A stretch of DNA of 64,000 nt, taken from the NCBI GenBank assembly GCA_035293945.1, contig DATGLV010000027.1, forward strand, positions 11,630 to 75,629. Direction: 5' to 3'. Under the pieces are notes generated by a model. The model ran no database searches, was not told the DNA's origin, and was given only the letters and a program-made list of their open reading frames with translations. The stretch is from Xanthobacteraceae bacterium (GTDB taxonomy: Bacteria > Pseudomonadota > Alphaproteobacteria > Rhizobiales > Xanthobacteraceae). The translations under genes were made by a program, and so were the position numbers. Of this stretch, positions 19,258 to 29,357 are shown one piece after another. Position 1 is the stretch's first letter. Each line of letters opens with the position of its first letter.

Positions 19258-19825
19258 GACAAGCCCTCCTGGGCACTCCCGACGCAGCGTGGCCGTTTTC
19301 AAATCATGCGACGCTCGCCGCATACGCGACCCGCTCGCCAACGCGATTGCATCGGCGATGCACAGTTAAACGAGCAAGCATCTCCGCTACGCGCGGACGC
19401 GTAACGACGCCGCCTGCGATCACAATGAGAATTGGCCCCCGCCCAACTCGACGGCGATTTCCGTCGAGCCCTTCTCATTGCATGCAATGTAGGACATTGC
19501 GGCGGCGGCGTGAACTGCTCAAAGGCTCAAAGTGGCGCGCAAACGACAATTTCGGCAATATGTGGCAAACGAGCCACGCTCCGTTTCATTTGTGTATCTG
19601 AATTGTCACGCCATGTGATCAAACAAGATTTCAGAATCGGATTAATCAGAACAAGACTTCGTCGGAAACTATCGGCCGCTTGGTATTTCCATGCAGCAAG
19701 CTCACCCTGATACCTCTGACCCCGCGGATGCTGAAGCGGAGCGCGCAAAGCTCCCGCCCTGTTGTTGCCGCGTTCAGCCCTCACCCAGGTGAACGGGGAC
19801 GGGGTAGAGTTACTCGGTGGTTAAG

Positions 19826-20878
19826 ATGATCATTGACGACATGATCATTCGTGATCCGGTATTGCACGGTCGAAGCTTTCCGGCCGCTGCGGTGAGCCGC
19901 CGCAAGCTTTTGCGCGCGCTTGCTTCTGCAGCCTCACTGCTTGCCCTCGAAGGCTGCGCGAGCTTCGCTTCGACCGGCGAGCACCTCGATGCGTCGGACA
20001 TTGCGACCAACCCCACCGTATTGGTTGCGACCAATCGCAAGCCGCTCGACGGTGCGCGCGCAAAGCCCTGGTTTGGAGGCGAGCGGTCGCAAACCCTGAC
20101 GATCATGCATGCCCGGCTCACCCCGCCGGATGACGGCCGCTTCTCGCTCGCCGCGGTCGGGCTTTCGGATTGGCAGCTCGACGGCATCGAGAAGGTGCCG
20201 CAGATCGGCGATCTGCCCGGGGTGTCGACCAACGCGCGCGACGTGCTGGTCTACGTGCACGGCTTCAACACGACTTTCGAGACCGCAGTGCTTGATGCTG
20301 CGCGCCTGTCGGACGGAATCAGATTTCACGGCGACACGATCTGCTTCACATGGCCCTCCAAGGCCAAGCTCTTCGACTACGGCTACGACCGCGAGAGCGC
20401 GATGTGGTCGCGCGATGCGCTCGAGACCGTGCTCGACGGCCTGTTGGCAAGCCCCACGGTCGGCCGCATCAATATCGTGGCGCACAGCATCGGCACCATG
20501 CTGACCATGGAATCGCTGCGACAACTCTATGCGCATCAAGGCGACAAGGCGGCCGGCCGGCTGGGCGCAGTGGTGTTTGCGGCCCCGGACATCGACATGG
20601 ACGTGTTTTCGTCCTCGGTCGAGCGCGTCGGCCCCATCGCCCACAACATCACGGTGTTGACGGCGACGAATGATCGGGCGCTCGCACTGTCACGCTGGAT
20701 GGCGGGGGGCATAACCCGCGTCGGCGCCGCCCAGAAGGCGCAGCTCGAGCAACTGGGGCTGCACGTGATCGACGGTACGGCGGAGGGCTGGGGGGTGATC
20801 AATCACGACCTGTTTTTGTCCGACGGCCGCATTCGCGAAGCGATCCGCCGCGCCGTCGACAGCCCGACCGGAGCGTGA
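19826..20878 (+). CDS. lipoprotein alpha/beta hydrolase of the DUF900 type
   Basis: The signal region has RRKLLRALASAASLLALEGC (lipobox). It also has VYVHGFNT and the nucleophile elbow AHSIGT. The start is uncertain: ATG 19826 or 19841, or GTG 19892. Confidence 0.7.
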   Translation: MIIDDMIIRDPVLHGRSFPAAAVSRRKLLRALASAASLLALEGCASFASTGEHLDASDIATNPTVLVATNRKPLDGARAKPWFGGERSQTLTIMHARLTPPDDGRFSLAAVGLSDWQLDGIEKVPQIGDLPGVSTNARDVLVYVHGFNTTFETAVLDAARLSDGIRFHGDTICFTWPSKAKLFDYGYDRESAMWSRDALETVLDGLLASPTVGRINIVAHSIGTMLTMESLRQLYAHQGDKAAGRLGAVVFAAPDIDMDVFSSSVERVGPIAHNITVLTATNDRALALSRWMAGGITRVGAAQKAQLEQLGLHVIDGTAEGWGVINHDLFLSDGRIREAIRRAVDSPTGA

Positions 20879-21067
20879 CGCCAGGCTCGCGGCCATTGTA
20901 GGCGAGCGTAGGGCGCAATCCCTTTATTGCGCCAGTCCACAGTTGGCGAATTTTGCCGGCACGATGCGCTCCGATTGTCGGCTTAATCCGGTGGCCGCCC
21001 GGCATCGATCCGAAGTTTCGATCGAGATGGCGCAATAAAGCGATTGCGTCCTGCGAGCTAAACGCCG

Positions 21068-22120
21068 TCAAGGCGAAGGCGCGGCGAAAGCCTTGGTGTA
21101 GCGATCGGCGACATCGCGCGGGGTTGCGGAGATGAGCGCGATGACCTGCTCGACCGCTTCCGCCGGAATGGGGGAGACCTCCAGGCCCGAATGATCCGCG
21201 TCGGCAAGAAACTCAGGGTCGCTCGCCAAAGCCGTGAGCGCGGCGCGTAGAATCGCGATGCGCTCAGGCGGAACGCCGGGCGGGGCAATGATCGGCCGCG
21301 CCACCTTCTTCTGGGTGAGAAACAGAGAGATGACGGCCCGATCGGAGGGCGTCTTGGCGAAGTCGAGCGCATTCGGCACGTCGGGCAATTCAGGATCGTT
21401 CTGCAATCCGCTCTGCAACAGCAGCGTGATCTTGTGATCGCGGATCCAATCCGGCTTCTGCTTCTTGAGGCTCGACCACGACCAGTCGCCGATCCCCGCC
21501 ACCTCGCCGCGCTGGATGGCAAGGCCGATATCGGCCGTGCCGTTATATCCGGTCACGATCTTGAATTTCGTTCCCAGCACGGCGTTGTAGAGCCGCGGCG
21601 TCAGCTCCGGGTCGACCCCGGTATGTCCACCGACGATCAGCTCCTTGTCGAACAGATCCTGCGCGGTCTTGTGCGGGTCCGTGTACCACGCGAAGGCGAC
21701 CCCGACCTCGCTCGAAAGGCTGCCGATCCAATTGAGCGTGTTGAGGTCGAAGCGCACCGCGGTCGGATTGATGAGCCGCGTGAGCAGCATGCCGCGCTGG
21801 ATGAGCGCAATGGTGAGGCCGTCGCGCGGGGCGGTGTTGGCGATGAGATTGGCGGCCGCGAGGCTGCCGGCCGCCGGCATGTTTTGCACAATGATGGTCG
21901 GATTGCCCGGGATGAACCGGCCGAAATGACGGGCAAACAGGCGCGCCACCGAATCGTAACCGCCACCCACCGCCGCCCCGCAGATCAAGGTGATCTGTTT
22001 TCCGGCATAAAAAGGTGCTGCGGACTGTGCGGCGGCGGCGCCAGGTTGGATCATCGCCAGCAGGCTGGCAGCGATGAGCAACCGCCGCGTCCCTGAGAAT
22101 GCAGTCGTGATACGATTCAT
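21068..22120 (-). CDS. Bug-family tripartite tricarboxylate transporter (TTT) substrate-binding protein (TctC-like)
   Basis: I chose the ATG at 22120, giving the signal peptide MNRITTAFSGTRRLLIAASLLAMIQPGAAAAQ. The Bug hallmark is present (FYAGKQITLICGAAVGGGYD...VQNMPAAGS). Confidence 0.85.
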   Translation of the reverse strand: MNRITTAFSGTRRLLIAASLLAMIQPGAAAAQSAAPFYAGKQITLICGAAVGGGYDSVARLFARHFGRFIPGNPTIIVQNMPAAGSLAAANLIANTAPRDGLTIALIQRGMLLTRLINPTAVRFDLNTLNWIGSLSSEVGVAFAWYTDPHKTAQDLFDKELIVGGHTGVDPELTPRLYNAVLGTKFKIVTGYNGTADIGLAIQRGEVAGIGDWSWSSLKKQKPDWIRDHKITLLLQSGLQNDPELPDVPNALDFAKTPSDRAVISLFLTQKKVARPIIAPPGVPPERIAILRAALTALASDPEFLADADHSGLEVSPIPAEAVEQVIALISATPRDVADRYTKAFAAPSP

Positions 22121-22405
22121 GACACTGCTCACGAAATCGGCTTGATCGGTCGTTGACAATAGACCGCAAGCCCTTCGGTGCTCCCGCGCAGCAAGTCGCA
22201 CGCGCGAACGCATGCGATCATATTGCCGCGCCTGTGCCTTCAAAGCCAGCCATCCCGGTAGATGGTCAATGTCACAGCCGATCCCGCGGGTCTCGGCCCC
22301 GCGATATTTCTTCTATTTTTCCCCAAGCAATTCATTCTTCGGGCTAGTGTGGTCTCGTCGCCTGTCCGGCCCGATGGAGCCGTGCAATCAAACATCGAGG
22401 TAGGA

Positions 22406-23158
22406 ATGTTGCACACGATTGTGGTCGAGGCCTCGGAGCGCCGCATCGTCACCGTCCGGCTGAACCGGCCCGAGCGGGGCAATGCATTCGATCAGACGAT
22501 GCTGGACGAGCTCGGCGAGACCTTCGCTCGCTTGGCCGCCGATGAGGTCGCCCGGATCATCGTTCTGCGTGCGAACGGGCGCCACTTCTGCAGTGGAGCC
22601 GATCTGTCCGCACCCAAGACCGAACCGGGTGCGCACACCCGCTATTCCTTGCGCGACGTGCTGGGCGCCCTCGACGCCCTGCCAAAGCCGACGCTCGCGG
22701 TGGTGCATGGCGCCGCGGTCGGCGGTGGCGCTGCCTTTGCGGCTTGCTGCGATTGTGTCATCGCGACCGACGCTGCTTTCTTTTCCATTCCGGAGGTGCG
22801 CGTGGGTATGCCACCGCTCGGGGTCGCCCCGTTCCTGATCCGCGCGATGGGACACCGGCAGTTTCGCCGCTACGGGCTCTCCGGGGAACGGATCGGCGCT
22901 GCGGAGGCGCTCCGCATCGGTCTCGTGCATGAGGTCTGCAGTGCGGAAGCTCTGGAGGAGACGCTGGCACGCATTGCGGATGCCTTTCTGCACGGCGCGC
23001 CGGGCGCGATGCGGACCCTCAAGGCTGCGGCTGCCCAGCTTGCTGCCGCCGGCACTTCCGAGTCCGGAATGCCAGGCCATGATTCCAAGACGGCCGAAGC
23101 CCTTGAAGGAATCGCGAGCTTCCGCGAGAAACGCAAGCCAAGCTGGTATCCGCAATAA
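22406..23158 (+). CDS. enoyl-CoA hydratase/isomerase (crotonase) family protein
   Basis: The ATG at 22406 follows a GAGG ribosome-binding site. It reads VRLNRPERGNAF, ANGRHFCSGADL and VHGAAVGGGAAFAACCD. Confidence 0.85.
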   Translation: MLHTIVVEASERRIVTVRLNRPERGNAFDQTMLDELGETFARLAADEVARIIVLRANGRHFCSGADLSAPKTEPGAHTRYSLRDVLGALDALPKPTLAVVHGAAVGGGAAFAACCDCVIATDAAFFSIPEVRVGMPPLGVAPFLIRAMGHRQFRRYGLSGERIGAAEALRIGLVHEVCSAEALEETLARIADAFLHGAPGAMRTLKAAAAQLAAAGTSESGMPGHDSKTAEALEGIASFREKRKPSWYPQ

Positions 23159-23174
23159 CTCACCGGAGGGCGCC

Positions 23175-25331
23175 TTGGATCTCGAAGCCTCGCAGCGCAG
23201 GGTCGCGGCGCTCACGGCCCCGCGCAATGTCGTTCTGGTGGGGGCGAGTGATCGCGCCGGAAGCTGGGCGGCGCGGGTGTGGCGCAATCTCAATCGTTAT
23301 CAATTTTCCGGTCCGATCCATCTCATCAATCCGCGGCGAGAGGCGGTCTGGGGAAGGCCGTGCCACGCGGATTTCAGCTCGCTCCCCGAGCCGCCCGATC
23401 ATCTGGTCGTGCTGGTGCCGGCAGCCGGCGTTCCGGAGGCCCTGCGCAGTGGCGCGGCGGCCGGCGCGCGCAGCGCCACAGTGTTCTCGGCCGGGTTTGG
23501 CGAGGCGTTCGACCAGGGTGCGGCAGCGCTCGGGCGCGAGCTCGCGGCCGTGATTGCCGACACGGGCCTCGCGGTCTCCGGCCCCAATTGCATGGGTAAT
23601 GTCTGCGCCAAGTCGCGCCTCGTCACGCTGACCGAGGACCGGCAGCTCGCTGTGCGGGAAGGTCCTGTCGCCCTCGCCGGGCAGAGCGGCGGCATGATGA
23701 TCTTTCTCAACGCGGCGCTCGAAGAGCGCGGCATCTTCGCTGAATATCTGATCACCAGCGGGAACGAGGCAGGCCTGACGGTCGCGGACTATCTGGCTTT
23801 CTTCGCCGGCGAGAGCGAGCTCAAGGTGGTCATCATCTACATCGAGGCGATCGCCGACCGGGAGAAGTTTGCGGCGACCTGCGGCGCCCTCCGCGCCGCC
23901 GGCAAGGAGGTTGTCGCAGTGAAGCTCGGCCGATCTGCAGGGGGACGCACCGCCGCCATGGCGCATACGGGCTCGCTCGCCGGCAGCGTCGAAGTATTCG
24001 ATGCGCTGTGCGCCGAGCTCGGTGTGATCCGCGCCGATACGCTGGACGATGCGGTCGAGATCACGGAGCTCCTGGTTCACACGGGCGCGCCTTGCGGGCG
24101 CCGCCTCGGCGCGATCACGTTGTCGGGCGCATTTCGCGGCCTGCTTCTGGATGCGGCGGAGCGCAATGGGCTCGAGCTGCCGGCATTGGGGGCGCAGACC
24201 ACGGAGCGGCTCAACAGCGTGTTGACCGTCGGGTCGCTGGTCGGCAATCCGATCGATGGCGGCTTCGGGGTGCTGACCAGCGCCGAGAACTATTTGGCTT
24301 CGATCAAGGCGATGCAGGCCGATCCCGCGATCGACGTGTTGCTGCTGCAGGAGGCCCTGCCGCGCGAGCCGGGCTCGGCGCGGGCCGAAAACTATATCGC
24401 GATGGTGGAAGAGTATGCGGCAACAGCAGCCAAGCCGATCGCGTTTGTGACGCCGACCTCCCATGGGCAGACCGACTACAGCCGCGCCTTGCGCGAACGC
24501 GCCCCGCACATCTCGTTTCTGCAGGAGGCCAACAAGGCACTACGCGCGATCGCGGCCGTTGCCCGGGCGCGGGAAGGCGAGCGCCTCGCCGCATCCGCAA
24601 CACCGGCGCTGTTTCCGGCAGCTTCGGCGCAGCTGCCGAGGCGGAGCGAGATGATGGCGCGCGCCATGACCCCGACGCCGTTGAGCGAGGTGGAATCCAA
24701 GGCGCTGCTCGCGCCCTACGGCATCCTCGCGCCCACCGAAGCGCTGGTGACTTCATCCGCCGAGGCGCTGCGCGCCGCCGAACGCATCGGGTATCCGGTG
24801 GTGCTCAAGGCGGTCGCCGCGGAGCTCACGCACAAGTCGGATGTCGGTGCCGTCAAGCTCAATATTTCCGGGCCCGAGGAGCTGGCAGCCGAATATGCGG
24901 CGATGGCCGAGCGCCTCCGCGTCGTCCCGCTTGCCGGCATGCTGGTTTGCAGGCAGGTGCGTGGCGGGCTGGAGCTAATCCTTGGATTGCATCGCGATCC
25001 TGAGCTCGGACTTGCGGTGATGGCGGGCAGCGGCGGCGTGCTGCTCGAGCTCGTCCGCGACGTGGCCTTTTGCGTTCCGCCGGTGAGCCCGCAGAAGGCA
25101 CGCGACCTGATTGCCCGTACGCGCGTTGGCACATTGCTGGCGGGCTATCGCGGTGCGGGTCCGCTGGATGAAGATGCGGTCGTGACCGCCTTGGTGGGCC
25201 TGGGCCAGATTGCGCTCCACCTCGGGGACTCGATCGAGTCGATCGACATCAACCCCTTTGTGGCGCTCTCGCGCGGGCATGGGGGTCTGGCGCTTGACGC
25301 ACTGGTCGTGCTGCGGAAGCAGTTGGTCTAA
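23175..25331 (+). CDS. ADP-forming acyl-CoA synthetase (CoA-binding + succinyl-CoA-ligase-like + ATP-grasp)
   Basis: The TTG at 23175 is preceded by GGAGGG. The CoA-binding start is NVVLVGASDRAGSW. The C-terminal ATP-grasp shows LSEVESKALLAPYGI...YPVVLKAV...HKSDVGAVKL. The track start at 22929 overlaps the hydratase gene and was rejected. Confidence 0.8.
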   Translation: MDLEASQRRVAALTAPRNVVLVGASDRAGSWAARVWRNLNRYQFSGPIHLINPRREAVWGRPCHADFSSLPEPPDHLVVLVPAAGVPEALRSGAAAGARSATVFSAGFGEAFDQGAAALGRELAAVIADTGLAVSGPNCMGNVCAKSRLVTLTEDRQLAVREGPVALAGQSGGMMIFLNAALEERGIFAEYLITSGNEAGLTVADYLAFFAGESELKVVIIYIEAIADREKFAATCGALRAAGKEVVAVKLGRSAGGRTAAMAHTGSLAGSVEVFDALCAELGVIRADTLDDAVEITELLVHTGAPCGRRLGAITLSGAFRGLLLDAAERNGLELPALGAQTTERLNSVLTVGSLVGNPIDGGFGVLTSAENYLASIKAMQADPAIDVLLLQEALPREPGSARAENYIAMVEEYAATAAKPIAFVTPTSHGQTDYSRALRERAPHISFLQEANKALRAIAAVARAREGERLAASATPALFPAASAQLPRRSEMMARAMTPTPLSEVESKALLAPYGILAPTEALVTSSAEALRAAERIGYPVVLKAVAAELTHKSDVGAVKLNISGPEELAAEYAAMAERLRVVPLAGMLVCRQVRGGLELILGLHRDPELGLAVMAGSGGVLLELVRDVAFCVPPVSPQKARDLIARTRVGTLLAGYRGAGPLDEDAVVTALVGLGQIALHLGDSIESIDINPFVALSRGHGGLALDALVVLRKQLV

Positions 25332-25394
25332 GTTTTCTGGACATTTTTCTCACGATGTGGCTTTTATGCTCGAAAGAGCGCATCAGAGGTAAAG

Positions 25395-26252
25395 TTGAAC
25401 CAGCGCACACCCGACCCCGAATCCGTAGTCGCTCGACGCGATGCAGTTCACGGCAGCGGCGACCGCCTGCTCGCGGTGTTGGGGTTGTTCGCGGCCGACA
25501 CCCCCCAATGGACTGTCGAGGATGCGGCCGTTCGGCTCGGCGTCTCCACCACTACCACCTACCGCTATTTCAAGAAGCTCACCAAAGCCGGGCTGATCAG
25601 TCCGGTCGCTGGCGCCGCCTATGTGCTCGGACCTGCCATTATCCAGATGGATCGCCTGATTCAGGCTGCCGATCCGGTGCTCAACGCTGCGCGCTCCGTG
25701 ATGATCGAGCTCGCGCGGGATGCCGGGGAAGGCGCAACCGTCCTGCTCTGCCGCCTGTTTCATGACCGGGTGATGTGCGTGCACCAACTCATGGGGCGCG
25801 GCCCGCAGGAGCCGGTGAGCTATGAACGCGGCCGGCTGATGCCGCTCTATCGCGGCGCCACTTCCAAGATCATTCTGGCGCACTTGCGTCCCCGCACTTT
25901 GAAGGCCCTGTACGCCCACAATGCGGTCGAGATCGCGAGCGCCGGCCTCGGCAGCGACTGGGAGCATTTCCGCCGGGGGCTTGCGGCGATCCGCCGCGCC
26001 GGCGTGAGCGTGAGCCATGGTGAGATCGATCCCGGGCGCATCGGCGTCGCGGCTCCGATCTTCGACACCGACCGCGCAGTGCTCGGCAGCGTCAGCCTGG
26101 CGCTATCGGCAGCGCATGCGAATGACGAAACCATTGCGCGCCTTGCGCCTTTGACGGTCGCGGGCGCGCGCGAAATCGAGCGAACCATGAATAGCGGGCC
26201 CGGGCAGGCGCGACCGAGCCCCGCCCGCGTCAAGATCGCGCGATCGCGCTGA
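25395..26252 (+). CDS. IclR-family transcriptional regulator
   Basis: The N-terminal wHTH region reads RLLAVLGLF...WTVEDAAVRLGVSTTTTYRYFKKLTKAGLI. A C-terminal IclR effector domain pattern follows. The TTG start is uncertain. Confidence 0.85.
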   Translation: MNQRTPDPESVVARRDAVHGSGDRLLAVLGLFAADTPQWTVEDAAVRLGVSTTTTYRYFKKLTKAGLISPVAGAAYVLGPAIIQMDRLIQAADPVLNAARSVMIELARDAGEGATVLLCRLFHDRVMCVHQLMGRGPQEPVSYERGRLMPLYRGATSKIILAHLRPRTLKALYAHNAVEIASAGLGSDWEHFRRGLAAIRRAGVSVSHGEIDPGRIGVAAPIFDTDRAVLGSVSLALSAAHANDETIARLAPLTVAGAREIERTMNSGPGQARPSPARVKIARSR

Positions 26253-26270
26253 AGCCTTGCGGAGGACGAC

Positions 26271-29200
26271 ATGACCTTCTCCACCATCAAGCTTTCGCTG
26301 ATCCTGTTCGGCTTGGCGCAGCTCCTCCGCTACAAGTCCTTCCGCCATCCGGCCTTCCGCGCCCGCCTCAAGGAGCGCGATCTGGTCGCGCAGGTGCTGG
26401 CGCGCGACGAAGGAACCGGCCGCTGGTTCGCATTGAAGGACGGCAAGCTCACCACCGGGGCCGGCCTGCATCCCAAACCCGACATCAAGCTCATGTTCAA
26501 GAACGCTGGTGCCGGCGCGGCGCTGCTGATGCCGCCGATCAACTGGCTCAATCAGATCAACGCGCAGAAGGATTTCATCCTCACAGTCGACGGCTCGGAG
26601 GACCTCAACAACTGGTTCGCGCAGACCATCATGATGAGCCAGAGCGTGGGGCTGAAGATCGGCACCCGGCTCGAAGACGGCAGCATGCGCTATTGCAACA
26701 TGACCAATGGGGGGCCGGTCTTCGTCTACGTCAAGGACGGCAAGATCGTGCGCATGACGCCGATCGATTTCGGCGATGACGATCCGCCGCCGTGGACCAT
26801 CGAGGCCAAGGGCGTGAAGCTCACCCCGCCGCGCAAGACGACGCTGGCGCCGCACGGGCAGAACGCCAAATCGATCGTCTATGCGCCGAACCGCCTGCTC
26901 TATCCGATGAAGCGGGTCGACTTCGATCCCAACGGCGCGCGCAATCCGCAGAACCGCGGCAAGTCGGAATACGTGCGCATTTCCTGGGAGGAGGCGATCA
27001 AGATCGTCACCGATGAGATCAAGCGGCAGAAGCTCACGCACGGGCCCGGCTGCATCGCGGTCTCGCACGGCTCGCATCATACCTGGGGGAATATCGGCTA
27101 TTACCTCTCCGCGCTGTTCCGCTTCGCCAATGCGATCGGCATGACGCGGGTGCATCACAATCCGGACTCGTGGGAAGGCTGGTACTGGGGCGCGGTGCAC
27201 CACTGGGGCTACACGCTGCGCGTCGGCCAGTCGGAAACCTACGGCACGGTCGAGGACTGCCTGCAGAACTGCGACATGATCGTCTCCTGGGCGGCGGATC
27301 CTGAATCAACCTCGGGCTCGTACGGGGCGCAGGAAGGCACGGTGCGCCGGCAGTGGCTCAAGAATCCCAAGCTCGGCATCAGGGTCGTGCACGTCGACCC
27401 CTACTACAACGCGACCGCCCAGTTCCTGCCCGGCAAATGGTTTGCGCCGCGCCCCACCACCTCGGTCGCGATGGCAATGGCCATCGCCTATGTGTGGATC
27501 AAGGAGGGCCTCTACGACAAGGAATACGTGAAGACCCACACGATCGGCTTCGACAAATGGAAGGCCTATTTGCTGGGCGAGGAAGACGGCACGCCGAAGA
27601 CGCCGGAATGGCAGGAAAAGGAGACCGGCGTTCCGGCCAAGGACGTGCGCGCACTTGCGCGCGAATGGGGCAAGAAGCGCGTCTATCTCGCGCCCGGCGG
27701 CTGGGGCAATGGCCACGGCGGCGCCTGTCGCAACCAGACCGGCATCCAGTGGGCGCGCGTGATGGTTTGCCTCTCGGCCATGCAGGGCCTGGGCAAGCCC
27801 GGCTGCAACATGGGCAATCTGCAGTGGGGCTGCCCGCTCGACTTTAATTTCTATTTCCCGGGCTATTCGGAAGGCGGCATGTCGGGCGATCTGGAGAACA
27901 CCGCGCTTCCGGTCGAGCTCTATCAGCGCATGCCGCAGCTGCCGTCGATGAATTCGAACGGGCAGACCATTCCGCGCATCTGGATGCCGGAGGCGATCCT
28001 CGAGGGTAAAGCGGAGGGCTATCGCTGGGTCGGCAAGTCGATCGAGCACCAGTTCGCCAAGTTCGCCTATCCGTCGGCGGGCCATTCGCCGGTGCACATG
28101 CTCTACAAATACGGCGGCTCGATTCTCTCCACCATGAACAACACCAATCGTTGGGTGAAGATGTATCAGTCGCCGAACCTCGAATTCGTGGTCAACCAGT
28201 CGATCTGGTTCGAGGGCGAGGCCAAGTTCGCGGACGTGCTCCTGCCGGCCTGCACCAACTTCGAGCGCACCGACATCAGCGAATGGGCGGGCCTCGGCGG
28301 CTACGGCCATCACGGCCAGCAGCAGCTCAACCACCGCGTCATCGTGTTCCAGGCTCCCGCAGTCGCGCCGCAGGGCGAATCGAAATCGGACTTCTGGATC
28401 TTCAACGAGATCTGCAAGCCGCTCGGGCTTGCCAACTACTTCTCGGAAGGCTGCAACGAGATCGACTGGGTCTACCGCCTTTATCTTGCGTCCGACCTGC
28501 CGAAGAAGATCTCGTTCAAGAAGCTGTTGAAGCGCGGCTACTACGTGGTGCCGGCCGAGAAGGAGAAGCTGCGCGCCCCGGTATCGTTCCGCTGGTTCTG
28601 GGAGAACCGCAAGAAAGACGTGCCGGAAGCGCAGCCACTGCCGTCGGACTACACGGAGGAATATCTGCGCGGCCTGCAGACCCAGTCAGGCAAGCTCGAG
28701 TTCGAATGCAACAGCCTCAAGCGCGTCAATGATCCGGAGCGGCCGCCGATCGTCAAATACGAGCCGGCCTGGGAAGGGCCGCATGCGGGCGAGCGCTACG
28801 AGCGCTATCCGCTGCAAATGCTCACACCGCATTCCAAGTATTCGTTCCACACGCAGGGCGACGGCAAGGACTCGTTCCTCCTCAATATCGAGGACCACCG
28901 CGTCAAGGTCGACGGCTATTATTATTGGATCATGCGGCTGAATGGCGAGGACGCAGCCGAGCGCGGCATCAAGAAGCACGACTTGGTCAAGGTCTACAAC
29001 GATCGCGGCGCGGTCATCTGCGCGGCCCTGCCGACGCAGCGGCTGCCGCGCGGCGTCTGCCACGGCTACGAATCCTCCGCGATCTACGATCCGATGGGCG
29101 AGCCCGGCAAGTCGGTCGATCGCGGCGGCTGCCTCAACCTGCTCACCCCGGAGCGCTCGCAAACCAGATCGACGCATGCACTCGCGGGCGCCAATGCTCT

Positions 29201-29342
29201 GGTCGAGATCGAGCCTTGGGATGGGCGCACGGAGCACCTTGCGGCCGCTTTCGCGACCGGCAAGGAAGAGCCGAAGGCAGAAATCAAACAGGAAGCCGCG
29301 CGCAAGCAGAAGGCGCCGCCGACGCTGGTGCCGGCGAAGTAA
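26271..29342 (+). CDS. molybdopterin (bis-PGD) oxidoreductase, pyrogallol-phloroglucinol transhydroxylase / resorcinol hydroxylase large-subunit type, with a roughly 140-aa N-terminal extension
   Basis: From residue ~144 the sequence is collinear with my memory of AthL: [80 protein letters not shown] and [17 protein letters not shown] ribosome-binding site lies 6 nt before the ATG at 26271. Confidence 0.85.
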   Translation: MTFSTIKLSLILFGLAQLLRYKSFRHPAFRARLKERDLVAQVLARDEGTGRWFALKDGKLTTGAGLHPKPDIKLMFKNAGAGAALLMPPINWLNQINAQKDFILTVDGSEDLNNWFAQTIMMSQSVGLKIGTRLEDGSMRYCNMTNGGPVFVYVKDGKIVRMTPIDFGDDDPPPWTIEAKGVKLTPPRKTTLAPHGQNAKSIVYAPNRLLYPMKRVDFDPNGARNPQNRGKSEYVRISWEEAIKIVTDEIKRQKLTHGPGCIAVSHGSHHTWGNIGYYLSALFRFANAIGMTRVHHNPDSWEGWYWGAVHHWGYTLRVGQSETYGTVEDCLQNCDMIVSWAADPESTSGSYGAQEGTVRRQWLKNPKLGIRVVHVDPYYNATAQFLPGKWFAPRPTTSVAMAMAIAYVWIKEGLYDKEYVKTHTIGFDKWKAYLLGEEDGTPKTPEWQEKETGVPAKDVRALAREWGKKRVYLAPGGWGNGHGGACRNQTGIQWARVMVCLSAMQGLGKPGCNMGNLQWGCPLDFNFYFPGYSEGGMSGDLENTALPVELYQRMPQLPSMNSNGQTIPRIWMPEAILEGKAEGYRWVGKSIEHQFAKFAYPSAGHSPVHMLYKYGGSILSTMNNTNRWVKMYQSPNLEFVVNQSIWFEGEAKFADVLLPACTNFERTDISEWAGLGGYGHHGQQQLNHRVIVFQAPAVAPQGESKSDFWIFNEICKPLGLANYFSEGCNEIDWVYRLYLASDLPKKISFKKLLKRGYYVVPAEKEKLRAPVSFRWFWENRKKDVPEAQPLPSDYTEEYLRGLQTQSGKLEFECNSLKRVNDPERPPIVKYEPAWEGPHAGERYERYPLQMLTPHSKYSFHTQGDGKDSFLLNIEDHRVKVDGYYYWIMRLNGEDAAERGIKKHDLVKVYNDRGAVICAALPTQRLPRGVCHGYESSAIYDPMGEPGKSVDRGGCLNLLTPERSQTRSTHALAGANALVEIEPWDGRTEHLAAAFATGKEEPKAEIKQEAARKQKAPPTLVPAK

Positions 29343-29357
29343 CGTAACGAGCCTCCA

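Noticed and set aside
22929-23174. The upstream extension of the acyl-CoA synthetase ORF, whose track start is 22929.
   Set aside because: It overlaps the 3' end of the enoyl-CoA hydratase gene. A TTG at 23175 with a GGAGGG ribosome-binding site gives a canonical CoA-binding N-terminus.
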